This document shows positions 48,799 to 59,161 of a stretch of DNA of 64,000 nt, one piece after another. The translations under genes were made by a program, and so were the position numbers. The notes under the pieces are model-generated. The model searched no databases and had not been told where the DNA came from. It saw only the letters and a program-made list of their open reading frames with translations. The first letter of the stretch is position 1; each line of letters begins with the position of its first letter. The stretch is from an uncultured Acidobacteriaceae bacterium (GTDB lineage Bacteria; Acidobacteriota; Terriglobia; Terriglobales; Acidobacteriaceae): positions 650,169 through 714,168 of the forward strand of contig CAXTAE010000001.1 of NCBI GenBank assembly GCA_964242225.1, given 5' to 3'.

Positions 48799-51321
48799 TC
48801 AGGCCTCCACCAGCCCGTAGCGCCGCTGCCACTGCAGCTTCAGCCTGGCCCAGACTGCATGGCGCTGCTCCGTTGTGATCTCCGGGTCAGGGGCTTGCGC
48901 GAAGTGGGCTGCCTCGACCTTGGCCAGCTCCAGCAGCTCCCGGTCGCGACTCAGATCCGCAATGCGCAGGTCCGGCAGACCAGCCTGGCGTGTGCCGAAG
49001 AACTCCCCGGGTCCGCGTTGCGCGAGGTCGAATTCAGCAAGCTCGAAGCCATTCTGCGTCTCCACCATCTTGTCCAACCGGGCTTCGGCTTCAGGGGTGA
49101 TGCGCTCGCCCGTGAGTAGAACGCAGAAGCTCCTGGCCTTCCCGCGCCCAACACGTCCACGCAGCTGATGCAGTTGCGCGAGCCCGAAGCGCTCCGCGTG
49201 TTCGACGACCATGACGCTGGCGTTGGGCACATCCACACCCACCTCGATCACGGTGGTCGCGACCAGCACGTCGATTTCGCCGCGCTTAAAGCGCGCCATG
49301 GTCACCTCTTTGTCGTCCGCGGACATGCGGCCATGCAGCAGCCCGAGCCGTAGATCCTTCAGCGGGCCGGCCGAGAGCTCGTCAAAGACGTCCACTGCCG
49401 CGCGAAGCTTTAGGCGTGACCCCTGTCGCGGCGTGCCGGCTCGCTTTTTGGGAGTTCCTTGCCGCAGTGCCGCCGCCGACCCTGCCTCCGCAGTGTGGCT
49501 TGCAAAAAGCTTCGGCGCTCCCATTGCCGACGGCGCTGCCATGGCAGGGCTGCGACTCTTCGCGGGCCGGGTCGCTATCTTGGCGGCGTGCTCCCTAGGT
49601 AGGTCGCCACCATCTTCACGCGCAAAGTCTAGCTCCGGCTGGTCGTCCTTCTCGCCTTCGATAATGGGGCAGACGATATACGCCTGCCTCCCCGTCTGCA
49701 CCTGTTTGCGCACAAAGGCCCATGCCTCCTCCGCCCGGGCGCCCGGCAGGCGGCGCGTGGTGATGGGCGTGCGGCCCGGGGGAAGCTCGTCGAGCACGCT
49801 GGCTTCGAGATCGCCGTAGATGGTTAGTGCCAGGGTGCGCGGGATGGGCGTGGCCGTCATCACCAGCACGTCGGGCTCGGTGGCGATGCCGTTGGGGCCC
49901 GGCTTGCGCATCAACTTATAACGCTGCTGCACGCCAAAACGGTGCTGCTCGTCCATGATGACCAGGCCGAGGTTGTCAAAGTCGACCTTCTCCTCCACCA
50001 GCGCGTGGGTGCCGATGGCGAGATCGGTCTCGCCGCGAAAGATCCGCCCGCGTGCCTCTTTCTTGGTTCGCTCGTCCAGCGAACCGGTCAGCAGCGTGAT
50101 CCGGTAGCCGCGGCCTTTGCTGGGCGAGCTGGCCTCCGCCAGCAGCTTGCGGGCCGACAGGTAGTGCTGCGTGGCGAGGATCTCGGTAGGCGCCATCATG
50201 GCCACCTGGTAGCCGTTTTCGATGGCCACCAGGGCGGCTTCGAGCGCCACGATCGTCTTCCCTGAGCCGACGTCCCCCTGCAGCAGCCGGCGCATCGGCC
50301 GAGGCTCGCGCATGTCGGCGACGATCTCGCCCAGAACGCGCTTCTGGGCTGCCGTTGGCTTGAACGGCAGCACCTGCTTCAGGGCTTTGCGCACGCGCTC
50401 GTCGGTGACGAAGGCCGTGCCTTCGCGCTCGCGCAGGCGCCGGCGCTTCAGTTCGAGGCCAAGCTCCAGGTACCAGAGCTCTTCGAAGATCAGGCGGCGA
50501 TGCGCCGGGGTGCTTCTGCCTTGCAGGTCGGCCAGAACCGTATCGGCTGGCGGAAAATGCAGATCGCGCAGCGCCTGCATGCGGCCGGGGAGACCAAGGC
50601 GCTCGATAAGGGCTGGAGGCAGCGTCTCTTCTATGCCCGGGGCAGCCGCCGTCCCTGTCTCTTCGAGCTCGCGAAACAGGGTCCAGAGCACCCGCCGCAG
50701 CCAGCGCGAGCCGAGCTTGCCGCCCAGCGGAGTCGTACCCCCCAAAGATTCATAGATAGGTACCAGCCGACCCATCTCCAGGTGCACAAACTCAGCCTGC
50801 TCACCCGTGGCGCCGGCGCCGGGCAGGATCTCAAAGGTGGGCTGCACCATCTTCCATTTCGTTGCGCTAGGAGTGGCGCCAGGGGCTAGGCCGGAGCGCG
50901 ACCCTTCCAGCTTGCCGTAAAGGGCAACCTGCTGGCCGGGCTGAAAACGGTCGCGGAGATAGGTGCCGTTAAACCAGAGGCACTTCACCGTTTCCAGTAC
51001 CGTCGGCGCGGTGAGCAGGGTGGGCGGAGTTGTCGCAGTAGCTGTTTCTGGCGCGTAGGGCCGAATGCCCACGGTCATCTCGAAGATCGGTTTTGCCCGG
51101 GTGCGGAGCAGCACGGCCCCGCGCACCTCACCGACCACGGAGGCCATATCGCCGGGGCTGTACTCCGCCAACGGCTTGGGGTGAGCGCGGTCTTCGTAAC
51201 GAAAAGGCAGGTGGTAAAGCAGATCTTCCACGGTCTCGACGCCGCGTTCGGCCAGGCTCGGCGCGATGCGCTCGCCTACGCGCTTTAGAAACTTCACCGG
51301 CGTCGACAGCGTAAGGGCCAC
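48799..51321 (-). CDS. recG: ATP-dependent DNA helicase RecG
   Basis: YHLPFRYEDR, QGDVGSGKT, MDEQHRFGV, MTATPIPRTL, TTVIEVGVDVPNA and HQLRGRVGRG motifs. Confidence 0.95.
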   Translation of the reverse strand: MALTLSTPVKFLKRVGERIAPSLAERGVETVEDLLYHLPFRYEDRAHPKPLAEYSPGDMASVVGEVRGAVLLRTRAKPIFEMTVGIRPYAPETATATTPPTLLTAPTVLETVKCLWFNGTYLRDRFQPGQQVALYGKLEGSRSGLAPGATPSATKWKMVQPTFEILPGAGATGEQAEFVHLEMGRLVPIYESLGGTTPLGGKLGSRWLRRVLWTLFRELEETGTAAAPGIEETLPPALIERLGLPGRMQALRDLHFPPADTVLADLQGRSTPAHRRLIFEELWYLELGLELKRRRLREREGTAFVTDERVRKALKQVLPFKPTAAQKRVLGEIVADMREPRPMRRLLQGDVGSGKTIVALEAALVAIENGYQVAMMAPTEILATQHYLSARKLLAEASSPSKGRGYRITLLTGSLDERTKKEARGRIFRGETDLAIGTHALVEEKVDFDNLGLVIMDEQHRFGVQQRYKLMRKPGPNGIATEPDVLVMTATPIPRTLALTIYGDLEASVLDELPPGRTPITTRRLPGARAEEAWAFVRKQVQTGRQAYIVCPIIEGEKDDQPELDFAREDGGDLPREHAAKIATRPAKSRSPAMAAPSAMGAPKLFASHTAEAGSAAALRQGTPKKRAGTPRQGSRLKLRAAVDVFDELSAGPLKDLRLGLLHGRMSADDKEVTMARFKRGEIDVLVATTVIEVGVDVPNASVMVVEHAERFGLAQLHQLRGRVGRGKARSFCVLLTGERITPEAEARLDKMVETQNGFELAEFDLAQRGPGEFFGTRQAGLPDLRIADLSRDRELLELAKVEAAHFAQAPDPEITTEQRHAVWARLKLQWQRRYGLVEA

Positions 51322-51431
51322 AGCCCGATGTTAAAGGTTTTGGCTGACCCAGCCGATAGAGAGGGTAGCCGATGGAAGACATCCTCACCCTCGCGGTTAC
51401 CATGGACGTGGCCCCGCGCCGCCTTTCGTCC

Positions 51432-52631
51432 ATGGAGCTATTCGGCCGTCTTCGCAACCCGCTTACCCTGCTCGCGCTCGTGATCGTGCAGGTGCTTTGG
51501 CTGGCGGTACAGGTGCAACGGCCCGTGCGGTCGATTGCCTCAATCTCCGAATCTGCTGACAGCAGCGGGGTGAGCACCATGCGCTCCCTAACGATGGCAT
51601 TATTTGGACCGATCGAGCGCGGCAGTCACGCGACGGGCGCCGGGGTGCGCGCCCTATGGGCCAACTACCTTGATCTGCGCGGCACTCGGCAGCAGAACGT
51701 CGCTCTGCGCGGCGAAGTGGCGCGGCTTCGGGAAGAGCAGGCCAGCTTCGCCGAAGATGCCGCGGAAGGGCGGCGACTGCAGTCGTTGCTGGCCTTCAAA
51801 CAGCAGTACATCGCTCAGACGGTAGCCGCGGACGTGATTGGAACCAGTGGCTCGGATCGCTCCCATGTGCTTTGGATCAACAAGGGCTCGGCTGACGGTC
51901 TCGCCTCCGAGCAGCCCGTCATCACACCGGATGGGGTCGTCGGCAAGCTGCGCGATGTCATGCCGCATACCGCGCAACTGCTGCTTTTAAACGACGCGAA
52001 CTCCGGAGCAGGTGTGTTTCTGGCGTCCACGCGGATGCGCGGCATCCTGCGCGGCACAGCCTCGGGCGAGGTGGTCATCAACAATCTCACTCCCGACGAT
52101 CGCATCAAGCCCGGCGAGCGGGTCATCACCTCGGGTGGCGATCAGGTGTTTCCGCGCGGGCTGCCGGTGGGGGTCATCACCTCTGTGGTCTCGGACCCGG
52201 CACATCCGCCGTACACGACCATCCAGATTCAACCGTCAGCTAATCTGCGTCGGCTCGAAGAGGTGCTGGTGATCACAGGCACCGTGACGGACCTGCCGCC
52301 CGCTGCGCAAGCCGACGCCGCCCAGGCCGGGGCGATGGCGCAGGAGAACAAGCGCGCCGCGGACATGATCGCCGAGCGTCTGCCCAGCCTCCACGGCGCT
52401 GACGGCGGTACCGGTGCGGAGGGAGCGACGGGGAGTAACGGCACCGACCCCGCGACCGCCAAAGCCGCCGCCGAGGCCGCGAAGAAAGCGGGTGGCGTGC
52501 CCGGCGTGCCGAACTCCGGCATGCCGAAGGCACAGCCTGTCCTGCATCCGGATCGGTACTCCCCAGGAGCGGCGCCGCCCGCGGAGGATCTGACGCCAGG
52601 CGCACCGGCCTCGTCCAGGCCACAGCTCTGA
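51432..52631 (+). CDS. mreC: Rod shape-determining protein MreC
   Basis: N-terminal TM helix, coiled coil, INKGSADG, GVVGK, TSGGDQVFPRGLPVG and RLEEVLVI motifs. Start could be 51372. Confidence 0.9.
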   Translation: MELFGRLRNPLTLLALVIVQVLWLAVQVQRPVRSIASISESADSSGVSTMRSLTMALFGPIERGSHATGAGVRALWANYLDLRGTRQQNVALRGEVARLREEQASFAEDAAEGRRLQSLLAFKQQYIAQTVAADVIGTSGSDRSHVLWINKGSADGLASEQPVITPDGVVGKLRDVMPHTAQLLLLNDANSGAGVFLASTRMRGILRGTASGEVVINNLTPDDRIKPGERVITSGGDQVFPRGLPVGVITSVVSDPAHPPYTTIQIQPSANLRRLEEVLVITGTVTDLPPAAQADAAQAGAMAQENKRAADMIAERLPSLHGADGGTGAEGATGSNGTDPATAKAAAEAAKKAGGVPGVPNSGMPKAQPVLHPDRYSPGAAPPAEDLTPGAPASSRPQL

Positions 52632-52783
52632 CCCTGTATTTCGGAGAGAGCTCTCGTTGTCTCGAATGCCATTTGTTGTAGCCGTAGCGACGGCTCGCGC
52701 TGTGGGGCTGATTGGCATCCCTGATGCGGCGGCTGATCCTCCCCTCGTCGGCGGGAGCCGTCACGATATGCTCAACTCGACGC

Positions 52784-53311
52784 ATGGCGGAGAACACCTA
52801 CACCTCACGGCGCGAACTGGAGCAATACCGGTTTCACCCTCTCGTGACGGTACTGGCCCCGCTCTTGTGTGTGTTGCTCGGCGCCGTTTTGCCACGGCTC
52901 TGGGTCCGGTTGGAGATCCTTGACCTGCCCTTGATCGTGACCGTATTTTTCGCAATATCGCGGCGCAGCCCGGTCGCAGGCGCGTTCACGGGCACCTTCA
53001 TTGGGCTGCTGCAGGACTCGCTTACCGATCAACCCTTCGGCGTCTACGGTATCGCCAAGGCGGTGATCGGGTACATCGCGGCCAGCGTGAGTTTTGCGGT
53101 CGACGTTGAAAATGTCATCAACCGCGTGCTCATCAATTTCCTGGCCAGCCTGCTGCAGAGCGTCATGTTGTACTTCATCCGGCGTCGCCTGCTGGGGGTC
53201 AGCACCGAATCGTTGCAGGTGCCCTATGAGCTGGCGCGGGCCGCTGTGAATACCGTGGCCGCCGTCCCGATCTTTATGCTGCTCGATCGCTTCAAGCATG
53301 TGCGGGAGTAA
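52784..53311 (+). CDS. mreD: Rod shape-determining protein MreD
   Basis: Multi-TM protein with GLLQDSL motif, located between mreC and mrdA. Confidence 0.85.
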   Translation: MAENTYTSRRELEQYRFHPLVTVLAPLLCVLLGAVLPRLWVRLEILDLPLIVTVFFAISRRSPVAGAFTGTFIGLLQDSLTDQPFGVYGIAKAVIGYIAASVSFAVDVENVINRVLINFLASLLQSVMLYFIRRRLLGVSTESLQVPYELARAAVNTVAAVPIFMLLDRFKHVRE

Positions 53312-53377
53312 CCGAGCGATGGGCTTCCCACGTAGACTGAGGGCCGGGGCGTACGTCATCCCCCCACGGGCCCGCAC

Positions 53378-55345
53378 GTGATCGTCGAAGAGCTAGAGCG
53401 CAAGGAAAAGGTCGCCCCGGTCAAGCTCGCCGTCGCGCAGTACGCGGTGGCGCTGGTGCTGCTCGTGCTGGGGATCGGGCTGTGGCGCCTGCAGGTGCTG
53501 GGGGCTGAGAACTACCGCGTACTCGCCGAGCAGAATCGCATCCGCAAGGTGCCCGTCCTGGCCCCCCGCGGACGCATTCTGGATCGTGAAGGCCGGCTGA
53601 TTGTCGATAATTATCCCTCAGTGACGTGCTATCTGCTGCGCGAGCAGTTAAGTTCGCTGTCGCACGATCTGCCCATGATTGCTGAAGGGCTGCACATGGA
53701 GCCTGCGCAGATCGAGGCGATCCTTAAACACTTTCAGTACGCTCCCAAGTACCAGCCGATCCCGCTGAAGCAGGACATCACCCCCGACGAACAGGCCTTC
53801 CTCGCCGCTCACCGCGACGATCTGCCCGAGCTGGACACGCTTGATGAGCAGCGCCGGCTGTACCCGCGTGACGGCTTTGCGGCGCATCTGATCGGCTACG
53901 TCGGCGAGGTCAGCGAGGCAGACCTCAATAACTCCAAGTACGCCTTCTATGAGCCGGGTGACGTGGTTGGCAAGTCCGGTGTGGAGGAGGCTTACGACGA
54001 GACACTGCGCGGTCGGGATGGCTCCCGCGACATGATCGTGAACTCGCATGGCCGCGAGGTCGGCGTCATGGGTGAGGAGTACGCCACGCCCGGCAAAGAT
54101 CTCAGGCTGACCATCGATCTTGACGTGCAGCAGGCCGCCGAGCAGGCTCTCGAGGGCAAGATAGGCGCGATCGTCGCCATGGACCCGCATACGGGCGAGA
54201 TTCTCGCCATGGTCTCGCGACCGACCTACGACCCGAACCAGTTCGCCGTACGGTTAACCAAGGCCTACTGGCAGACCATCCTCAATGACAACGACCATCC
54301 GCTGCTGAACAAGGCGATTCAGGCACAGCTGGCCCCTGGGTCGACGTTCAAAGTCATTATGTCGCTGGCGGGGCTGCAGGAAGGCGTGGCGCAGGATCTC
54401 CACGTGTCCTGCAACGGCGGCGCGAGCTTCTACGGGCACTTCTTCGCCTGCGACAAACACCATGGCCCCGTGGACATCCATACGGCCATCCCGTACTCCT
54501 GCGACACGTTCTTCTACACGCTGGCTAATCGTCTAGGCATCACGACGATGGCCCGGTACGCGGAGAGCGTCGGTATCGGGGAGAAGACGGGCATTGATCT
54601 GCCCGATGAAGCGACGGGGCTGATGCCCTCCGAGCAGTGGAAGATGAAGGCCCAGCATGACAAGTGGTATGCGGGCGAGACCATCTCGGTCGGCATCGGC
54701 CAGGGGGCGATCCAGGTGACCCCGTTGCAGCTGGCCCGCGCGATCAGCGGCATCGCCTCGGGCGGGGTACTGCGGCGCCCGCACGTCGTCTTTCCCGAGG
54801 AGCTCTCGCCGGGGCAGGTGCAGGCCCTCGAGGAGAGTTTTCCGGGTTCCGGTAACAAGACCGTGCCGGTTTCGGCCGAGAACTGGCAAATCATCACCGA
54901 TGCGATGGCGAACGTGACCTCCAGCCCCATCGGCACCGCCTACGCGGCGCACCTGGAGGGCGTTGACTTCGCCGGCAAGACCGGCACCGCGCAGGTGATG
55001 AGCCATAACGCGCTGGCTCGCACCGGCAAAGGGCACAACACGGAGCCCAACGCCTGGTTTGTCGGGATGGCACCGCGACGCAACCCGGATATTGTGGTGG
55101 CTGTGCTTTGGGAGCACGGCAACTGGGGTAACAACTCCGCGAAGCTCGCCGCGCAGGTCATCAGCGCCTACGTCAACAAGCAGCGTGGACGCCAGGGCAA
55201 CCTGATGAAGCTGGTTGAGACCACGAGGCCGCAGGACAAATTACCCGCAACAGGCGAGGTGGAAAGCGCCCCGATAGCAGAAGTGCGCCGTCCCACGCGC
55301 ACGGTCCCAGCGGCCTTTAATCCCGTTGCCGGCAGTGGGCACTAA
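53378..55345 (+). CDS. mrdA: Penicillin-binding protein 2
   Basis: APRGRILDR, SxxK (PGSTFK), SxN-type (YSCDTFFY) and KTG (GKTGTAQV) motifs. Confidence 0.93.
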   Translation: MIVEELERKEKVAPVKLAVAQYAVALVLLVLGIGLWRLQVLGAENYRVLAEQNRIRKVPVLAPRGRILDREGRLIVDNYPSVTCYLLREQLSSLSHDLPMIAEGLHMEPAQIEAILKHFQYAPKYQPIPLKQDITPDEQAFLAAHRDDLPELDTLDEQRRLYPRDGFAAHLIGYVGEVSEADLNNSKYAFYEPGDVVGKSGVEEAYDETLRGRDGSRDMIVNSHGREVGVMGEEYATPGKDLRLTIDLDVQQAAEQALEGKIGAIVAMDPHTGEILAMVSRPTYDPNQFAVRLTKAYWQTILNDNDHPLLNKAIQAQLAPGSTFKVIMSLAGLQEGVAQDLHVSCNGGASFYGHFFACDKHHGPVDIHTAIPYSCDTFFYTLANRLGITTMARYAESVGIGEKTGIDLPDEATGLMPSEQWKMKAQHDKWYAGETISVGIGQGAIQVTPLQLARAISGIASGGVLRRPHVVFPEELSPGQVQALEESFPGSGNKTVPVSAENWQIITDAMANVTSSPIGTAYAAHLEGVDFAGKTGTAQVMSHNALARTGKGHNTEPNAWFVGMAPRRNPDIVVAVLWEHGNWGNNSAKLAAQVISAYVNKQRGRQGNLMKLVETTRPQDKLPATGEVESAPIAEVRRPTRTVPAAFNPVAGSGH

Positions 55346-55516
55346 CACCCGCCAGACAACCCCCAAGATCACGAAGCGGCGCGCACATCTGGGACGGTAG
55401 CGCTCCCAAGGGTGACGAGAAGAGCGCCCCTAGGTGCGGCAATCGCCCTAATCACGGTATGGTTTCGGAGAAGCCGAGCGCCATAGGTGAGGTCAGCCAG
55501 GTCGCTCGAGGGGTTT

Positions 55517-57076
55517 ATGTCGGCAAGAATTTGCGGTCTTTTCTGCTTGGGTTTGAGCTGGTTCGTCGGGCAGTCTGCAGGGGGGCAGGTGCACTACCCC
55601 GCCGCCCCGGGTGCCATTGTAGCGACGGAGTCGGGAAAGCTACAGGGCGCGGACCCAGCGCCGGGCGTGCGCGCCTATCTGGGAGTGCGCTATGCGAAGC
55701 CGCCAATCGGACCTCTACGCTGGCAGCCACCCCAGCCCATAGAGGCTGAGAACGAAACCATCCCCGCGCTGCAGCATGGGAGTCCCTGCCCGCAGCAGCG
55801 TTTCGGCTGGAACAACACCTCCGCGGACCATGGGACGGAAGATTGCCTCTTCCTGAACATCTGGGCGCCGGCCTCCGGCTCCGGCTATCCCGTCATGGTC
55901 TACATACACGGCGGCTCCAACGTGGCGGGCAGCGCGGCGGAGGAGCTCAGCAGCGGTCTCGCGCTGGTGCCACGCGGCGTAGTGCTGGTCACGCTGGACT
56001 ACCGTCTGGGCATCTTCGGTTTCTTGCGCTCGCCCGAGCTGGACGCCGAATCTTCCCACCATGCATCGGGAAACTACGGGCTCCTGGACCAGATTGCCGC
56101 CCTTGGTTGGGTGCAGCGCAACATCGGGGCGTTCGGCGGCGATCCGAAGCGGGTCATGCTCTTCGGCCAGTCAGCGGGATCGGTGGACACCGGCCTGCTG
56201 ATGACCTCGCCTCTCGCACGAGGGCTCTTTTCGCGGGCGTTGGAGGAGAGTGGACAGGTGCTCGGCCTGATGCCAACGGCCAGCCGCGACGAATCAGAGA
56301 TGGCCTGGGCACCCGTCGTGCAGGCTTTGGGGGCGGACCTCGCGTCCATGCGTTTAGCGACCACCGAAGAGGTGTTGAAGGCCGACGCCAATGCGCCCAA
56401 GCCACCGCCTTTGCGCTTCTGGGGGCACCGCGGCGCAAGTGTTGATGGCTGGGTGCTCCCGACCCTGCCCGCTACGGTGTTTGCTGAGGGCAGGGAGGCG
56501 CCGATCCCGCTTGTCATCGGCTCCAACGTGCAGGAGATTGTGCCTTCAAATCAGTCTCTCGAAGCGACAAAAAAGGCCATTGAGGACACTGTCGCTCCGG
56601 ACCTTGCGGCAAAGCTGGAAGCCGTCTACGCGCGCCCCGGAGCCGATCCTCTGCTGGGCGACACCGGCGACCGCTGGCAGACCGACCGGGACTTCCGCTG
56701 TCCCGTCCGCCAAGTGGCCACCTGGCATGCGGCTCATGGCTTTCCGACGTACGTTTACCAGTTTGACCGGCCCTCGGTGGGCAAGACGGCTGCCTTGCAC
56801 TCCTCAGAACTCGCGTTTGTCTTCGGCTACTTCCCCTCGCACCGGGAAAGTACGGACGATGACGCCGTCTCCGCGCAGCTGGAGGGCTACTGGACCAGCT
56901 TCGCCAGCACCGGCGTGCCGGGCGGGGCGACGCTCCCGGGATGGCCGCCGTTCACTGCAAAGACCGGGACGTACCTGCACTTCCGCGCGGATACCGCGAC
57001 CCCCTCGCGGGAGGCGAATTTGGGCGATGGTGCCTGCGCGCTGCTCCCGGCAGACACGTTGCCGGGCTCACGCTAA
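55517..57076 (+). CDS. Exported type-B carboxylesterase/lipase
   Basis: Signal peptide; EDCLFLNIW, HGGS, GNYGLLDQ, GQSAG nucleophile, GSNVQE and LHSSEL triad motifs. Confidence 0.9.
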   Translation: MSARICGLFCLGLSWFVGQSAGGQVHYPAAPGAIVATESGKLQGADPAPGVRAYLGVRYAKPPIGPLRWQPPQPIEAENETIPALQHGSPCPQQRFGWNNTSADHGTEDCLFLNIWAPASGSGYPVMVYIHGGSNVAGSAAEELSSGLALVPRGVVLVTLDYRLGIFGFLRSPELDAESSHHASGNYGLLDQIAALGWVQRNIGAFGGDPKRVMLFGQSAGSVDTGLLMTSPLARGLFSRALEESGQVLGLMPTASRDESEMAWAPVVQALGADLASMRLATTEEVLKADANAPKPPPLRFWGHRGASVDGWVLPTLPATVFAEGREAPIPLVIGSNVQEIVPSNQSLEATKKAIEDTVAPDLAAKLEAVYARPGADPLLGDTGDRWQTDRDFRCPVRQVATWHAAHGFPTYVYQFDRPSVGKTAALHSSELAFVFGYFPSHRESTDDDAVSAQLEGYWTSFASTGVPGGATLPGWPPFTAKTGTYLHFRADTATPSREANLGDGACALLPADTLPGSR

Positions 57077-57138
57077 CGGGGCTGACGCATGCATCTCCCT
57101 ACGGTCTGTTCCGCCAGGCAGCCGGTTAGACTGAGCGG

Positions 57139-58242
57139 GTGATCCGTGCCCGCTTTCGCGATTTTGACTGGACCCTGCTGGCCTTTGTCCTCATTCTCTG
57201 CGTCCTGAGCGTGGTGGAGATCCGCTCGGCCACGGCGATGACCAAATTTCATGGGTTTCAGGTCAAGCAGATGGGCTTCTTCGTGGTCGGCCTGATCCTG
57301 ATGTTCGTCACCGCCCTGATCGACTACCACCGGCTGCTGGATCTTGCTCCGTGGGCCTACGGAATCGGCGTTTTCAGCCTACTGGCCGTCAAGGCGGTCG
57401 GGCAGAAGGTGATGGGTGGCCGGCGCTGGATCAATCTGGGAGGCGGCGTGCACTTTCAGCCCTCGGAGTGGGTCAAGCTTGTGCTGATCGTCGTCGCGGC
57501 CCGCTTCTTCTGGAGCTTTATCGCCAGCAAGCGCGAGCTGCGCTGGCTGGATGTGGCCAAAGCCTTCGCCTTGATCGGCTTGCCGATGCTGCTGGTGCTC
57601 TCACAGCCCGACCTGGGGACGGCGCTGACGTACTCGCCGGTACTGCTGGTCGGGCTCTTTCTGGGCGGCATCCGCTGGAAACAAGCTGCTGTACTGCTGC
57701 TCGGGTTTGTGCTGGTCGTGGGCGGCATCTGGAAGAGCGGCAAGGTGTTGAAGCCCTACCAAAAGGCTCGCCTGACCGCGTTCACCAACCCCGACACCGA
57801 CCCAAAGGGCTCGGGCTATCAGATCCGGCAAAGCCTGATCGCGGTGGGTTCGGGGGGCCTCTGGGGCAAGGGCGCCAACAAGGGGACGCAGACCCAGGGT
57901 GATTTTCTCCCCATCCCCTATACCGACTTCATCTTTGCCGCCTTTTGTGAGGAGCATGGCTTCATCGGCGCGGTCGGTGTCCTGCTGCTGTATTTCCTCA
58001 TCCTGGTGCGCCTGATCGAGAACGCCCAGACCGCACCCGATCCGCCCGGGACATTGATCATCATGGGAATCGCGTCGGTGCTGCTGTTCCAGGTGGCCGT
58101 GAACATCGGGATGTGTGTCGGGCTGATGCCCGTGACGGGCATTCCGCTTCCGCTGATGAGCTATGGCGGATCTTCGGTGCTGTTCACCTTCCTCGCGCTG
58201 GGGATCGTGATGAATATCCGCATGCGGCGCTTCGTGAACTAG
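57139..58242 (+). CDS. rodA: Rod shape-determining SEDS transglycosylase RodA
   Basis: FQPSEWVK, QPDLGTA, GYQIRQSLIAVGSGG, TDFIFAAFCEE and GIPLPLMSYGGSS motifs. Confidence 0.93.
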   Translation: MIRARFRDFDWTLLAFVLILCVLSVVEIRSATAMTKFHGFQVKQMGFFVVGLILMFVTALIDYHRLLDLAPWAYGIGVFSLLAVKAVGQKVMGGRRWINLGGGVHFQPSEWVKLVLIVVAARFFWSFIASKRELRWLDVAKAFALIGLPMLLVLSQPDLGTALTYSPVLLVGLFLGGIRWKQAAVLLLGFVLVVGGIWKSGKVLKPYQKARLTAFTNPDTDPKGSGYQIRQSLIAVGSGGLWGKGANKGTQTQGDFLPIPYTDFIFAAFCEEHGFIGAVGVLLLYFLILVRLIENAQTAPDPPGTLIIMGIASVLLFQVAVNIGMCVGLMPVTGIPLPLMSYGGSSVLFTFLALGIVMNIRMRRFVN

Positions 58243-58673
58243 GCGGAGCTCTGAGACAGGCGGAAACGCAGGCCGAAGGGATCGCACAGGGAGTATCGCG
58301 GCACCCCGGGTTCCTCACGCTCAAGACGGCAACCCGCGGCCATTACGGCTGCCTTGGCCGACAGGAGATCGGGCACGCACACCTCCAGCACCGGCTCAGT
58401 GGGTGCGCTACGATCAAGCGTAAGCCGAAACGGGCCAGCCTCCAGCCCGGGAAGGCGTTCCTCTTCCAGGAAGCGATGCAGCCCGAGCAGACCCTCAAAA
58501 AAGGCTGCTTGCCGTTGTAGCTGCTCGGGGGCGGGCGTGCTGTTTCCTGACGCGACCATAAGAGCCCTCGATTCCTTTGCCGATATCGTACGCCAGTTAG
58601 GCGGATCCGGTGTACGCACCGAATCAGGTTCCTGCCGCTGCGGAACGATTTGGTGCATACTGAGGGGAGACAT
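58239..58673 (-). CDS. VOC/glyoxalase-like small protein
   Basis: AAFFEGLLGL...LEVCVPDL...DPFGLRFRL pattern; stop overlaps the rodA stop (CTAG). Start uncertain. Confidence 0.55.
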   Translation of the reverse strand: MSPLSMHQIVPQRQEPDSVRTPDPPNWRTISAKESRALMVASGNSTPAPEQLQRQAAFFEGLLGLHRFLEEERLPGLEAGPFRLTLDRSAPTEPVLEVCVPDLLSAKAAVMAAGCRLEREEPGVPRYSLCDPFGLRFRLSQSSA

Positions 58674-59161
58674 CTGGCCGGAAGGTCAGGTGGACACGAC
58701 CCTCGCCGCAACGGATGTGCTGATTTCCCCGCGCGGCGACGAAAGATTATCAACTAAAGGCCGGCCAGGCGCGGATCGACTCTCGCGGCCGGACAGGTTT
58801 TTGAGCATGCTTGTCAACGGACGGTTAACGGCCCCGCCTCAGCTTGAGGCTGTCGTGGTCACAAACTTCGTTGCGAGTATTCGGCACGAAGGCGCCCTCG
58901 AGCGCCCCGAAGCCAAGGCAGTCACTCTGGAAAACTTTGTTGGCAGCGCAGACTCACGGTTACGCCCATGGCGGATCAGTGGGCGCGCTCGCCGTGGCGA
59001 CCTGACGGTCACGCGGCAAACAGTGGCACGTCCAGCCTGCGCCTCTCATCGCCTGTCCCCAGCAAGGGAGGCAGCCCCCAGCAGCTAGAGCCGACTCCGG
59101 CCGCTGAGGGCGCGATCTTCGCCTGTCCTGCCTGCCCATCCATGGGCGGAAAGCAGTGACT

